Shown: one piece after another, positions 1-9,692 of the stretch
Numbering within the stretch: position 1 is the first letter of the stretch
Layout of the letters: the number at the start of each line of letters is the position of its first letter
IMG/VR virus record: IMGVR_UViG_3300037462_000828
Span: 1-64,000 of that record
Direction: 5' to 3' (one strand)
DNA length: 64,000 nt
DNA from: a virus
Translations under genes and position numbers: made by a program
The notes under the pieces: generated by a model
The model's input: the letters and a program-made list of their open reading frames with translations, nothing else
Database searches by the model: none
Told to the model about the DNA's origin: nothing

Positions 1-16
1 CCACACCTAACACTAA

Positions 17-313
17 AACCTTTTCCCCGCCCTGTGGGGGGGGGCCGCCCCGCCCGCCACGGCCGGCTTCGAGGTCGGCGACCGCCGGCTCGCGTGCCTC
101 TCGCTGACGAGCACCGTCGTCGGCGGCACGCTCGACGTCACGGTCCAGACCTCGGCCGACAACGCGACGTGGCGCACCGTCGCCGCGTTCGCGCAGCAAG
201 CGGCGCCGGGCAGCGAGCGCAAGTCGTTCGGGCCCTTCGATCGGTTCATTCGGCTTTCCAACGTCGTCGCGACCGGGGCGGCGACGTTCTCGGTCGCGGG
301 GGAGTTCATCTGA
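17..313 (+). CDS. 5'-truncated virion structural protein (beta-rich; ...GTLDVTVQTSADNATWRTV...FDRFIRLSNVV...)
   Basis: Open frame with phage-like codon usage ending at TGA 311-313 just before the next ATG. No start codon is visible; the first ~50 nt look like a poor-quality contig end. Confidence 0.55.
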   Translation, partial: NLFPALWGGAAPPATAGFEVGDRRLACLSLTSTVVGGTLDVTVQTSADNATWRTVAAFAQQAAPGSERKSFGPFDRFIRLSNVVATGAATFSVAGEFI

Positions 314-314
314 T

Positions 315-953
315 ATGTCCTACAAAAAGAACACCTCGGTCTTCGGCTACCCGATGCCGGGCGCCGATACGCGCGCCGAACTCAAGGCGATCCTCGGCCC
401 CGCGGCCGGCGACGTCTACCAACTCGCCGACGGATCGACCTGGCGCTTTAGCCCGACGGCGACCGCGGTCGAGGACGCTCTTCAGGCGTTCGTGCTCACG
501 CCGACCGCCGCGGCGTTCGCGACCGCCGGCCGCTGGCTCCGCGCCGACGCGGCGTTCGACCTGAGCATTCCGGTCTCGTTCGCGAACACCGACGCGCAGG
601 TGCTCGCCACGCTGCCCGCCGGCGTCGAGGTCCGGGTCGGACGGGCGTACCAAAACGTGACGACCGCGTGGACCGGCGGCAGTTCGAGCGCGATCGGCCT
701 TTCCTCCAGTAACGCGGCGTACAACACCAAGGGCGACCTCGCTGGCGCCGCCGCTGGCGACCTGCTCGCCGCCCTGACCGTCGGCAAGGGCCGCGGCGCC
801 CCCGGGACCAAGGTCTCTGCGGGCACCGTCATCCTCGTCGGCGGCGATACGATTCGGTTCGATCGGATCACCTCGGTGTACACGGCCGGCGCCGGCACCG
901 CGGTCATTCCCATGACGCTCGTCGCCAACGCCGGCGCCTTAGGCGCCCCGTAG
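315..953 (+). CDS. putative virion structural/head-associated protein
   Basis: 212 aa Gly/Ala/Thr-rich ORF with strong GC3 bias, upstream of the head-tail joining genes. Confidence 0.55.
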   Translation: MSYKKNTSVFGYPMPGADTRAELKAILGPAAGDVYQLADGSTWRFSPTATAVEDALQAFVLTPTAAAFATAGRWLRADAAFDLSIPVSFANTDAQVLATLPAGVEVRVGRAYQNVTTAWTGGSSSAIGLSSSNAAYNTKGDLAGAAAGDLLAALTVGKGRGAPGTKVSAGTVILVGGDTIRFDRITSVYTAGAGTAVIPMTLVANAGALGAP

Positions 954-1068
954 CGGCCCGACCCGAGGGCCGAGGCCCCGACCCCGGGGCCGCCCCCGCC
1001 CGCGCCCGCCTCGCCCCCGCCGGGGCCCGGCGCGCGCCGGCGGCGGCGGCCGGCGGAGACAGCAAGCC

Positions 1069-1551
1069 ATGACCCGCTATTTTGAAATCGAGCACCTCTA
1101 CCAATGGGGCGCCCCCGAGCGCCGGCTGCGCACGATCCGCGACCGGCTCATGGTCGACGCCGCGCGCGACGGAGACCCCCTCACCGAGGGGGAGGCTGAC
1201 GCCGCCTACGCGGCCGCGCTCAACGCCGGTATCGACGGGACGTGCGCCTTCGCCGACTCGTACATCGGCAAGGTCGCAACCCTGCCGCTGACGAGCTGGA
1301 CCGACGCGCTTCGCAAAATGCTCGCGCAAATCTGCGCCCTCGACCTGCTCGCAATCGTCGGCATTAACGCAACGAGCGAAGCGAACGACGCCCTGCTCGT
1401 CAAGCGCGCCGACGACGCTCGGCGCTGGCTCGAGTTCGTCGCGCAGGGGCGCGTCGCCGCCTTCTGGGTCGACTCGACCCCCGGCGCCGTCGCCGTCGCG
1501 ATCCCCTACGCGAGCGACCCGCCCCGGCGCTGGTCGCCCTGGCGGTGCTAA
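1069..1551 (+). CDS. head-tail adaptor, Mu gp36/DUF1320-like
   Basis: Motifs ADSYIG..TLPL..W...L....IC and R.DDA.RWL..VA.G; position before the morphogenesis gene. Confidence 0.75.
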   Translation: MTRYFEIEHLYQWGAPERRLRTIRDRLMVDAARDGDPLTEGEADAAYAAALNAGIDGTCAFADSYIGKVATLPLTSWTDALRKMLAQICALDLLAIVGINATSEANDALLVKRADDARRWLEFVAQGRVAAFWVDSTPGAVAVAIPYASDPPRRWSPWRC

Positions 1552-1555
1552 CGCC

Positions 1556-2029
1556 ATGGCCAAGGGCGGCCCCGTCGCCGAACTCGAGCGCATTCAAAAG
1601 GGCCTCAAAAAGGCGCCGACCCAAGCCGTCAAGGCCGTCGGCGACGCGGTCGCCGACGACGTCGAGTCGCTGATCCTCCTCGGCTTCGAAGACTCGAAGG
1701 CGCCCGACGGATCAGCCTGGGCGCCGCTCAAGTCCCGCCAGGGCCAGCCCCTTCGGCTGACGAGCGGGTCGGGCCTCATGGGCTCGATCACGAGCCGGTT
1801 TTCCGGCGGCTACGTCACGGCCGGCACGCCCAAGCCCTACGGTGTCTACCACCAGTCGGCCGAGCCGCGCGCCGTCTCGGCGTCGGGCGACGTCATCCTG
1901 CCGCGCCGGCCCTTCCTCCCCGACGAGGGCGAGGTGCCGGCGCCTTGGCAGAGCGTGCTCGAGGCGACGGCCGACGACGCGCTCGACGCCGTCATGCAGC
2001 GCCTGTTCGGCAAGCGAGCCCCGCGATGA
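1556..2029 (+). CDS. phage virion morphogenesis protein (Mu gpG/P2 gpS family)
   Basis: F..SKAPDG..WAPL, L..SI, GT...YG.YHQ and LPRRPFL motifs. Confidence 0.85.
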   Translation: MAKGGPVAELERIQKGLKKAPTQAVKAVGDAVADDVESLILLGFEDSKAPDGSAWAPLKSRQGQPLRLTSGSGLMGSITSRFSGGYVTAGTPKPYGVYHQSAEPRAVSASGDVILPRRPFLPDEGEVPAPWQSVLEATADDALDAVMQRLFGKRAPR

Positions 2030-2559
2030 GTTTCAAGCCCGTTTTTGACCAAATCAAGGCGGCCGTCCTGCCCTTCGCCCGGTGCGAACTCGGCGGCAAG
2101 TTCGCCCTCGACGCGGACGAGGCCCCCCCGCGCTACGTCTGGGTACCCAAGGGCGGCAAGTTCGCGGGCGCGACCGGGTCGGGCATCAACGGAAAGCAAC
2201 TACTCGACCGCAACCCGATCTTTCACGTCTACTGCCACGGCCGCGAGGACTACTTCGGCGCCGAGGCGCTCTTGCTCGCCCTGCCGACGGTGCTCAAAAA
2301 GATCGTGCGCGGAATGCCCAACTTCTCGATGGGCGACGAGGTCTGGCTCGAGCCCGACGGCGAGAAAAGCGGCAAGGGCGGATCGGTCGTCGTCGTGCCG
2401 GTGCAGTTCCTCCACCTTCCGGTCTACCAAGTCGCGCTCCCGACGGCGGCGAGCCGCGCCTCGATCGTTGCGCCGACCGTCGACGGCGACCTCGTCGCCG
2501 AGATCCTCGCGGTCCAAGCCCGCGCCGGCGCCGTTCTCGACCCGGGCGACGAGCCCTGA
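2026..2559 (+). CDS. putative tail terminator/completion protein
   Basis: ATGA overlap with the upstream stop; lies between the morphogenesis gene and the sheath. Confidence 0.55.
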   Translation: MSFKPVFDQIKAAVLPFARCELGGKFALDADEAPPRYVWVPKGGKFAGATGSGINGKQLLDRNPIFHVYCHGREDYFGAEALLLALPTVLKKIVRGMPNFSMGDEVWLEPDGEKSGKGGSVVVVPVQFLHLPVYQVALPTAASRASIVAPTVDGDLVAEILAVQARAGAVLDPGDEP

Positions 2560-2605
2560 TTCACCCAAGCGCCGCGGCCCTTTCGCCGCGGCGCGGGAGT
2601 TACGC

Positions 2606-2833
2606 ATGTCCGAAGAGAAGCCGGCCGCGACGAGCGGCCAGGCGGGGCCCCCGCGCGCCGCCGAGGCGCCCGAGCGCCGCAGCACGGTCGAGGACCACAT
2701 CGAGCGGCGCGGGCTCGGCGCCTTCGACGCCGCGCTCGTGCGCGCGCACAAGCGCTACCCGGTCGGGCTCGTCGTGTCCGACGCCGACTTTGACGCCGCG
2801 CTCGCCGAAGCGCGGGGGATTACCCTTCGATGA
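2606..2833 (+). CDS. small pre-sheath hypothetical protein
   Basis: GGGAG SD before ATG 2606; ATGA overlap with the sheath gene. Confidence 0.6.
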   Translation: MSEEKPAATSGQAGPPRAAEAPERRSTVEDHIERRGLGAFDAALVRAHKRYPVGLVVSDADFDAALAEARGITLR

Positions 2834-4242
2834 GCACCCCCGACGTCGTTCTCCAGGTCGTCGAGGGCGGGGGCCTTATCCCCGTATCGAACGCCAACGT
2901 CCACGTCAAAGTCGGCTACGCCTCGGGCGCGACGGCGAATACCCTCTACGGGGGGTACACGTCGAAAAAGCAACTCGTCGCCGACCTCGTCTCGGGCCCC
3001 GTCGTCGAGGCCGCGGCCTTCGCTCTCGAGCGCGGCGCCAAGCCCGTGTTCGTCATGGCCTCGGCCGCCTCGACCGCGGGCGTCGCCGGGACCGTGACCA
3101 AGGTCGGCGCGGGCGCCGGCACGATTGTCCTCTCGGGCACGCCGGTCGACACGTTCGACGTGCGCGTGCTCGTCGTTGTCGGCGGCGCGGTCGGCACGGC
3201 GACGATCAAGATCTCGACCGACGGGGGCGACACGTTCGGGCCCGAGACGGCGACGGCCGCGTCAATGCCCCTCAAGGCGACGGGCGGCGCGCAGACGGGC
3301 GTAACGATGGCGCTCGCCCTGACGTTCGCCGCGGGCGACACGTACTCGTTCCCGCTCACCTCGCCGGCGCCGACCTCGTCGGACCTCGGCGCGGCGCTCG
3401 ACGCGCTGCTCGCGTCGCAACTCGACTTCAACTTCGGCCACGTCGTCGGCGCGGCCTCGACCTCGGCGGGCCAGGCGACGATCGCCGCCGCCGTCGGGGC
3501 GAAGGCCGACGCGTTCTTCAACGCCTACCGCCCGACGTTCTTCGTCATCGAGGTCGGCGACGATAGCGACGCGAGCTACAAGACGGCCTTCGCCGCGTTC
3601 GCGCACGATCGCGTCGTCGTCGTCCCCCACTCGCACGAGATTACGTCGGCGATCGCGTCGACCTCCGACCGCCGCCCCCAAGCCTGGTCGCTCGCGCCGC
3701 GCATCGCCAAGCTCCGGCCGGGCGAAGACCCGGCGCGCTTTCGCGACGGCAACCTCGCGGGCGTCACGCGGCTCTACCGCAACGAGGGCGCGACCCCCGG
3801 GCTCGACGACTTCCGGTTTACGACCCTACGGACCTTCGTCGGCCAAGCCGGGTTCTACGTCAACCAAGCGAAGACCTTCGCCGCGCCGGGCTCCGACTTC
3901 GGGTTCGTCACCGACCGCCGGGTCATGGACCGGGCCTGCGTCGTCGCGCGCGCGGCGCTCATTAACTACCTCAACGACAACGTCGAACTCATCAAGGCCA
4001 CCGGGTTCATCGCCACGGCCGACGCCGACGCGATCGACGCCGAGGTCTCGTCGAAGCTCGAGGCCGACCTCGTCTCGAACAAGGACGCGAGCGCGGTTCG
4101 CTTCCTCGTCGACCGCAACGACAACCTCGTCGCGCTGCCCGAGCTTCAGGGCGAAATCGAGATTACCCGGCGCGGGTACATTCGAAACATCCGAGTCAAG
4201 ATCGGATACCAAAACCCGGCCCTGAGCCGGGCGGCAGGCTGA
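2830..4242 (+). CDS. contractile tail sheath protein (DUF2586-like)
   Basis: 470 aa; C-terminal GFYVN...SDF.FV.DRRVMD.A motif and size typical of sheaths; followed by the tube gene. Confidence 0.85.
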   Translation: MSTPDVVLQVVEGGGLIPVSNANVHVKVGYASGATANTLYGGYTSKKQLVADLVSGPVVEAAAFALERGAKPVFVMASAASTAGVAGTVTKVGAGAGTIVLSGTPVDTFDVRVLVVVGGAVGTATIKISTDGGDTFGPETATAASMPLKATGGAQTGVTMALALTFAAGDTYSFPLTSPAPTSSDLGAALDALLASQLDFNFGHVVGAASTSAGQATIAAAVGAKADAFFNAYRPTFFVIEVGDDSDASYKTAFAAFAHDRVVVVPHSHEITSAIASTSDRRPQAWSLAPRIAKLRPGEDPARFRDGNLAGVTRLYRNEGATPGLDDFRFTTLRTFVGQAGFYVNQAKTFAAPGSDFGFVTDRRVMDRACVVARAALINYLNDNVELIKATGFIATADADAIDAEVSSKLEADLVSNKDASAVRFLVDRNDNLVALPELQGEIEITRRGYIRNIRVKIGYQNPALSRAAG

Positions 4243-4245
4243 CGC

Positions 4246-5025
4246 ATGGCCCTCCCCGCACAGCCGCTCATCAACGGCTTTCGCTACGATTGGTCGAGCC
4301 TGACCATTCGCCTCATGGGGCAGTCGCTCCCCAACAGCTTCGGCAAGATCGCCTACTCGGTCGAGCGCGAGGGCCGGGCCCACGTCTACGGCAAGGGCAA
4401 AGACCCGATCGGGCAGACGCGCGGGCGCAACAAGCCGACCTGCTCGTTCACGACCCCGAAGGGCGACTGGGATCACCTCTGCTCGCTCGTGCCGGCGAAC
4501 ACGCCGCTCTCCGAGTTCTTCTTCGACATCGTGGTCTCGTACGAGGACGAGGGGAAAGTCATCACCGACAAGATCCTCGGCTGCACGATCACGAAGTTCG
4601 AGGACGACGCCGAGCAAGGTGGCGACGCCCTCATGGTCAGCGTCGAAGTGCTACCGACCCGCGTTCTGCCCAACGGCAGGGAGTTTTTACGCATGGCTTC
4701 TCTCGATCAAGGCGTCGTCGACGCCCTCAAAAAGGCGAACGGCCCCGACCTCCTCACCCACAAGCTCGGCGCCGAGGGCGAGCGCGTCGTCTTCGTGACG
4801 CGGCCGCTCTCCGAGCACGAGTTCCAAATGATCATCGACATGAGCCACGACGACAAAAAGAAGTCGTCGGCCTCGAAGCGCGCCGCCGAACTCGCGCTCG
4901 TCTACCCGGCGGCCGACGAGCGGGCGAAGATCTTCGCCCGCCGGCCGGGCTGGCTCATCAAGATCGGCGACAAGGTCGTCGAGGACGCGGGCATCGGCGG
5001 CGAGGTCGAAACCGAAAAACTGTGA
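4246..5025 (+). CDS. tail tube protein (aa 1-149) in frame with a tail assembly chaperone (internal ATG 4693)
   Basis: N-terminal part INGFRYDWSS...VYGKG..PIG.TRG...FDIVVSY...D.I.GC.I...QG.D is tube-like. The C-terminal 110 aa is chaperone-like and has its own GGGAG SD. Confidence 0.75.
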   Translation: MALPAQPLINGFRYDWSSLTIRLMGQSLPNSFGKIAYSVEREGRAHVYGKGKDPIGQTRGRNKPTCSFTTPKGDWDHLCSLVPANTPLSEFFFDIVVSYEDEGKVITDKILGCTITKFEDDAEQGGDALMVSVEVLPTRVLPNGREFLRMASLDQGVVDALKKANGPDLLTHKLGAEGERVVFVTRPLSEHEFQMIIDMSHDDKKKSSASKRAAELALVYPAADERAKIFARRPGWLIKIGDKVVEDAGIGGEVETEKL

Positions 5026-5195
5026 GGGCCTTCGACCGAGCGCGCCGGGACGAGAACCTCCTCCCGGCGTCGGCGGCCCTCTACGACCTCGCGATGGGCA
5101 TACCCGGGCGGCGCGCCCGGGTCGGCGCGCTCTTGCTCGCCGAGTTCCTCGCCCAGCACCGGCGCGCGCCGCAGCCCCGGCCTTGGGGCCGCTAA
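5022..5195 (+). CDS. tail assembly chaperone 'T' segment (-1 frame, likely reached by programmed frameshift at GAAAAAC 5014-5020)
   Basis: -1 frame ORF overlapping the chaperone stop, immediately upstream of the tape measure gene (lambda G/GT-like arrangement). Confidence 0.6.
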   Translation: MRAFDRARRDENLLPASAALYDLAMGIPGRRARVGALLLAEFLAQHRRAPQPRPWGR

Positions 5196-5312
5196 GCGCG
5201 GCGCGCCCGCCGGCGGACCCATCCCCCTAGACAAGACCCCGCGCGCCGGGACCGCCCGGCCTCGCGCGCTCCGGCGCGGGCCGCGCGGGCCGCGGCGCGC
5301 AGCGAGCGCACC

Positions 5313-7628
5313 GTGGCGAGTCAAACTTCCGAGTGGACCCTCAAAATCGGCCAAGCCGGCGCGTCGCGCGCGGCGTCGCAGGTCGGCAAACTCACGCGCT
5401 CGCTACGCGAGGCGACCGTCGCCTACGAGGGCCTGACGCGCGCCGCGACCGCGTTCGGCGGCGTCGGCGGAGGGGGCGGCGTCGGGGGGCCCCTCCGCGG
5501 GGGCGCGTCGAAGTCGGCGCGCCCGGCCCGCCCCCCCCGCGCCCCGGGCGCCCCGCGCCGGACCGCGGCCGGCCAAGGGGTCGCGCCGACGGTCGCCGGC
5601 GCGCCCGTAACGGTACTCCAACGCCCGGTCGCCGCGGCGTTCCGCCCCGCGCGCTCGGGCGCGATCGCGCAGCGGCCGGTCGCCGCCGCGATGCGCCCCG
5701 GCCGCTCGTCGCCGAAGACGCTCGTTCAGCGCCCGGTCGCCGCGGCCTTCAAGCGGCCCCCCGCGCCGCGGCCGGGCGGCGGCGCGGGCGGCGGCGGCGG
5801 CGGCGCCGGGGCGGCGGGCGGGTCGGTGAGCGGGGCGAGCGCGATGCTCGGCTCGATCGGCGGGCAGGCGGCGCTCCTCGGCGGCACGGCGGGCGCCGTC
5901 GTAGCGGCGGCGACGCAGGCGAAGGACCTCGCCGTTAGCGCCGGGACGATGGCCGTCAAGGGCGGCGCCTGGGTCGTCAAGACGGCCGAGGCCCGGAACA
6001 ACATGTTCACCGCCTTCGAGGTCATGCAGAAGAGCGAGGCGAAGGCCGCCGAACTCATGGGCGGCATCGAGAAGTTTGCGCGCGACACGCCCTTTACGAC
6101 CGACCAAGTCGGCGACGTGATGAAGCAACTCGTCGGCGCGGGCTACGACGCAAAGGAAGCGTTCGACATCTTCAAGCGCGTCGGCGACACGTCGGCGTTT
6201 GCGAACTTTTCCGACGACGCGCTCAAGGGCGTCACGCGCGCCATCACGCAGATCAAGTCGAAAGGCAAGCTCTCGGCCGAGGAGCTTAACCAAATCTTCG
6301 AGGCCGCCCCCGGCGCCGTCAGCCGCGAGACGCTCGTCGACATGCTGGCGAAAAACACCGGCCGGAGCGTGACGAAGATCAAGGACGAACTCGAGAACGG
6401 GAAGATCACGTCGGCCGAGGGCATCAAGGCGATCCTCGACACGATCGACTCGACGATCTCGGGCGGCGTCGCCGGCGGCCTCATGGCCAAACTCGGCTCG
6501 TCGATTACGGGCCGGCTCTCGTCGCTCGCCGACCTACCGTCGATGCTCGTCGGCATGACGCGCGATCTCCCCGGGCTCAAGCTCATGGGCGACGCGCTCG
6601 GCAACCTGCTCGCCGGGTTCGACGAGGCGGCGGGCCCGCTCAAGGCGCAAGTTCAGGGCGCCATCAACGACATTTTCGGCGCGCTCTTCGGCGGGCTCGG
6701 CGGCTCGGGCGGCAAGGACACGTTCAAGAACATCTTCCTCGGCATCGCCGAGGGCATCGCCTGGGTGCGCGAGACCGCGCGCACGCTCAAGCCCTACGTC
6801 CTCGAGGCGTACACGATCTTTCAGGCCTTTTGGGGCGGGTTCAAAGAGGCCTTCGTCGCGGTCGCGCCGGTCTTCGTCGCCATCTGGGAGGGCATCAAAA
6901 AAGCCTTCGGCGGCGAGAACAAGTCGATGCTCGAGACCGTGACGTGGCTCGCCCGCAAGTTCGGCGTCGCGCTCGGCTGGGTCGCCGTCATCGTCGGCAC
7001 GATCGTAAGCGCCATTATCGCCTTCGGGCAGTTGACGATCGGCATCATCACGGCGGTCGCCGGCGCCTTCGCGTGGATGACGACCTTCGTCGCGGGCCTT
7101 CTCGGCGGCACGCTGCTCGACGTCTTGGGCACCCTCCCGGCGCGGGCGCTTCAGGTCGGCATCGACTTCGTCGCGGGCCTTGCGAACGGTATTCTCTCGT
7201 CGCTCGGGCTCGTCTCGGGCGCCGCCGGCAAGGCGGCCGAGGCGGCCGTCTCGGGCACGACGACGCCGCTCGAAATCCACTCGCCGTCGCGCGTCGCCGA
7301 GCGGCTCGGCGGGCACTTCGCGGGCGGCTTCGCGGGCGGCATCGAGGGGTCGCTCGGCGGCGTCTCGGCCGCCGCCGGATCGATGGCCGACGCGGCGACG
7401 GGCGGCGCGAGCGTGGGCCTTCTCGGCGGGCCCGGGGGCGGCGGGGGCGCGGGCGCCGGGGGGGGCGGCCCCGTCGTCAACATCTACGTCGACGCGACGG
7501 GCCTCGGCGATCGGGAAGCGGGCGAGGCGGTCGGCGAAAAGCTCGGGGGCGTCGTCGCCGCCGAGCTCCGGCGGTACTTCGAAGAGGCGGCCGGCGCCAT
7601 GGGCGCGACCGGCTTCGCGGGGGCGTGA
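5313..7628 (+). CDS. tail tape measure protein
   Basis: 771 aa, Ala/Gly-rich; tape-measure motif FARDTPF...QI.SKGKL..EEL.Q; hydrophobic segments; IHSPSRV C-terminal motif. Confidence 0.92.
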   Translation: MASQTSEWTLKIGQAGASRAASQVGKLTRSLREATVAYEGLTRAATAFGGVGGGGGVGGPLRGGASKSARPARPPRAPGAPRRTAAGQGVAPTVAGAPVTVLQRPVAAAFRPARSGAIAQRPVAAAMRPGRSSPKTLVQRPVAAAFKRPPAPRPGGGAGGGGGGAGAAGGSVSGASAMLGSIGGQAALLGGTAGAVVAAATQAKDLAVSAGTMAVKGGAWVVKTAEARNNMFTAFEVMQKSEAKAAELMGGIEKFARDTPFTTDQVGDVMKQLVGAGYDAKEAFDIFKRVGDTSAFANFSDDALKGVTRAITQIKSKGKLSAEELNQIFEAAPGAVSRETLVDMLAKNTGRSVTKIKDELENGKITSAEGIKAILDTIDSTISGGVAGGLMAKLGSSITGRLSSLADLPSMLVGMTRDLPGLKLMGDALGNLLAGFDEAAGPLKAQVQGAINDIFGALFGGLGGSGGKDTFKNIFLGIAEGIAWVRETARTLKPYVLEAYTIFQAFWGGFKEAFVAVAPVFVAIWEGIKKAFGGENKSMLETVTWLARKFGVALGWVAVIVGTIVSAIIAFGQLTIGIITAVAGAFAWMTTFVAGLLGGTLLDVLGTLPARALQVGIDFVAGLANGILSSLGLVSGAAGKAAEAAVSGTTTPLEIHSPSRVAERLGGHFAGGFAGGIEGSLGGVSAAAGSMADAATGGASVGLLGGPGGGGGAGAGGGGPVVNIYVDATGLGDREAGEAVGEKLGGVVAAELRRYFEEAAGAMGATGFAGA

Positions 7629-7631
7629 GCC

Positions 7632-8351
7632 ATGGGCGTCATTCCGTCGGTACGCCAAGCCCCCGAGGCGTACAACACCGTCACGCTCGCGGGCCGCCCG
7701 CTGCCCGGCGTCGTCAACGTCAAGGTCGACCGCGGCCGCAAGATCGACAAGAAAAGCCCGAGCGGCAACGACGGCGCCGTGACCACGGACAAGGGCGCCG
7801 AGGCCGGGTCGCTCACCATCACCTGGACGATCTGGGACGACGTCAACCAGACCGTCACCGACGCGATGTTCGCCGAGGCCGAAGAGATCCTCGCCCGGTT
7901 GAGCCCCCCCGCTGGCTCGACCGTTCGGCCCGAGCCGCTTCAAGTCGCGCACCCCGTCGCGCGCCTTCTCGGGATGAAGGCCGTCGTCGTCGAGAAAGTC
8001 TCGGGGCAAGACGTCGATGACAAGGGGCTTCTCGTCTTTACCCTCGCGTGCGTCGAGTGGTCGCCCCCGAAGCCGAAGGGCACGAAGACGCCGAAGAAAG
8101 CCGACTTTTATGACGACGGCTTGACCGCCGACCAAAACCGCGCGGTCGGCCTCGGCATTCCGGTCACGGGCGACGCGACCCGCGACGGCCTCGCGGCCTC
8201 GATTCTCCGGTCGGACATCGCCCGCGAGGAAGCGAAGAAGAACCCGGTCGGCACCTCGCCGCCCGACCTCTCGGTCGTCGGCCCGTTCGGCGGCGGCCCC
8301 CCCGCGGGGCCACCGACCAAAACGGGCAAGCCGCCGGTCAACGAGTTCTAA
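7632..8351 (+). CDS. putative tail tube initiator/baseplate protein
   Basis: Directly after the TMP gene; LAG..LPG...V..DRG.KID.K..SG.DG pattern. Confidence 0.55.
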   Translation: MGVIPSVRQAPEAYNTVTLAGRPLPGVVNVKVDRGRKIDKKSPSGNDGAVTTDKGAEAGSLTITWTIWDDVNQTVTDAMFAEAEEILARLSPPAGSTVRPEPLQVAHPVARLLGMKAVVVEKVSGQDVDDKGLLVFTLACVEWSPPKPKGTKTPKKADFYDDGLTADQNRAVGLGIPVTGDATRDGLAASILRSDIAREEAKKNPVGTSPPDLSVVGPFGGGPPAGPPTKTGKPPVNEF

Positions 8352-8455
8352 CGAGTCGCCCCGCCGCGGGCCCCCGCCGCCCCTTGCCGGGCCCGGCGCT
8401 CGGCCCCCGGGCCCGGCGCCGAAGGGGGCCCGGCGAGGGCGCCTAGGGGCCGCCT

Positions 8456-9121
8456 ATGGCTAGCCAACTCTCGCTCAACGGCGCCCCTGTCCTCGGGGGC
8501 TGGCTCTCGCTCCCCCGCGTCGGCCTTTGGACGGCGGAGCTTACGCTCCCCGACGCCGTCGCGCTCGCCGCGGGCGACGTCGCGACGCTTACCCCCGAGG
8601 CGGGCACGACGCTAACGGGCGCGGTCGCCTCGGCCGGCGTCTACGCCGATACGACGCGCGTCCGGGTCGTCGGCGGCGCGGGGGGGCTCGCGCGCAAGCC
8701 GCCGCCGCAGACCTACCGCGACCTTACGGTCGGCGAGATGCTCGCCCATACGCTCGGGCTCGTCGGCGAGCGCCTCGCGGCGTCGACCGACGCGGCCGTC
8801 TCGGGCGCGCCGATCGCCGCCTACTCGCGCCTGCTCCAATCGGCGTCGTCGACCGTCGCCTTTTGGGCCGACGCGCTCGGCGTCGCCTGGCGCGCCCTGC
8901 CCGACGGCTCGATCTGGCTCGGCGCCGACGCGTTTCTCCCGGCACCCAAATCGTTCCCCTTCCTCGTCGTCGGGACCGAGCCCGAGACGAACGCCGACGT
9001 GCTCGCCCCCGACGCGATCGAGCCGCTCGCCGGCCTCTCGCTGACCGGCCGCCCGGTCGCGCACGTGACCTACCAAGTCGGCGCCGCGCTGCGCGCCGAG
9101 GTGCTCTACGAGTGGACCTAA
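8456..9121 (+). CDS. putative baseplate hub protein
   Basis: Position; LPRVGLWTAEL and WR..PDG.IW.G motifs. Confidence 0.55.
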   Translation: MASQLSLNGAPVLGGWLSLPRVGLWTAELTLPDAVALAAGDVATLTPEAGTTLTGAVASAGVYADTTRVRVVGGAGGLARKPPPQTYRDLTVGEMLAHTLGLVGERLAASTDAAVSGAPIAAYSRLLQSASSTVAFWADALGVAWRALPDGSIWLGADAFLPAPKSFPFLVVGTEPETNADVLAPDAIEPLAGLSLTGRPVAHVTYQVGAALRAEVLYEWT

Positions 9122-9690
9122 GCCTAAGCCGCGCCCTCGCCCCGCTCGTCGCGATCATCAACCACGTGATGAGGCGCGTCGACTACCTCGCGCTCTACGG
9201 CGCCGAGGTCATTTCGCAGAACGACGACGGGACGCTCGAACTCAAGCTCGCCGACCCGAAGGTCGCCGAGCGCGTCGGGCCCGCTTCGCGCGTGCCCATC
9301 AAATACGGCGCGCCCGGATACTCGGCGCGCGGCGTCAAAAAGGGCGCGCGTGTGCTCTACGGTTGGGAGGACGGCGACGCGCGCCGGCACTACGCCGCGC
9401 TCTGGTCGGACCCCTCGGCCGTCGCCGACGTCACGCTGACCGCGACCGGCGGCGTCGAGCTCAACGCCGCGCGCGTCAAGTTGACGGCGGCGGGCGCGCA
9501 GCCGGTCGCGCGCCAAGGCGACCTCGTTACGCTCGACACGCTTCCGGTCGGGCACCCCGTTCGGATCATCTTCATCGCGCCGGGCGGGCCGATCGTTCCG
9601 GGCACGCCCTACCAGGCGATGCTGGTTATCGACTCGGTCCTGCCGATGGTCGGTCAGATTTCGAGCGGCAACCCCGCTCTCGAGGGGTAA
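9112..9690 (+). CDS. baseplate spike/assembly protein V-like
   Basis: GTG start overlapping the upstream gene; OB-fold-like N-terminus (V..QNDDGTLEL...VP...G.RVL.GWEDGD) and VAR.GD...GQISSG C-terminus. Confidence 0.7.
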   Translation: MDLSLSRALAPLVAIINHVMRRVDYLALYGAEVISQNDDGTLELKLADPKVAERVGPASRVPIKYGAPGYSARGVKKGARVLYGWEDGDARRHYAALWSDPSAVADVTLTATGGVELNAARVKLTAAGAQPVARQGDLVTLDTLPVGHPVRIIFIAPGGPIVPGTPYQAMLVIDSVLPMVGQISSGNPALEG

Positions 9691-9692
9691 GC

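Noticed and set aside
1-50. AT-rich/homopolymer start as a genome terminus or telomere-like end
   Set aside because: It interrupts an otherwise coding frame and looks like low-quality contig-end sequence. No matching repeat was found elsewhere in the window.
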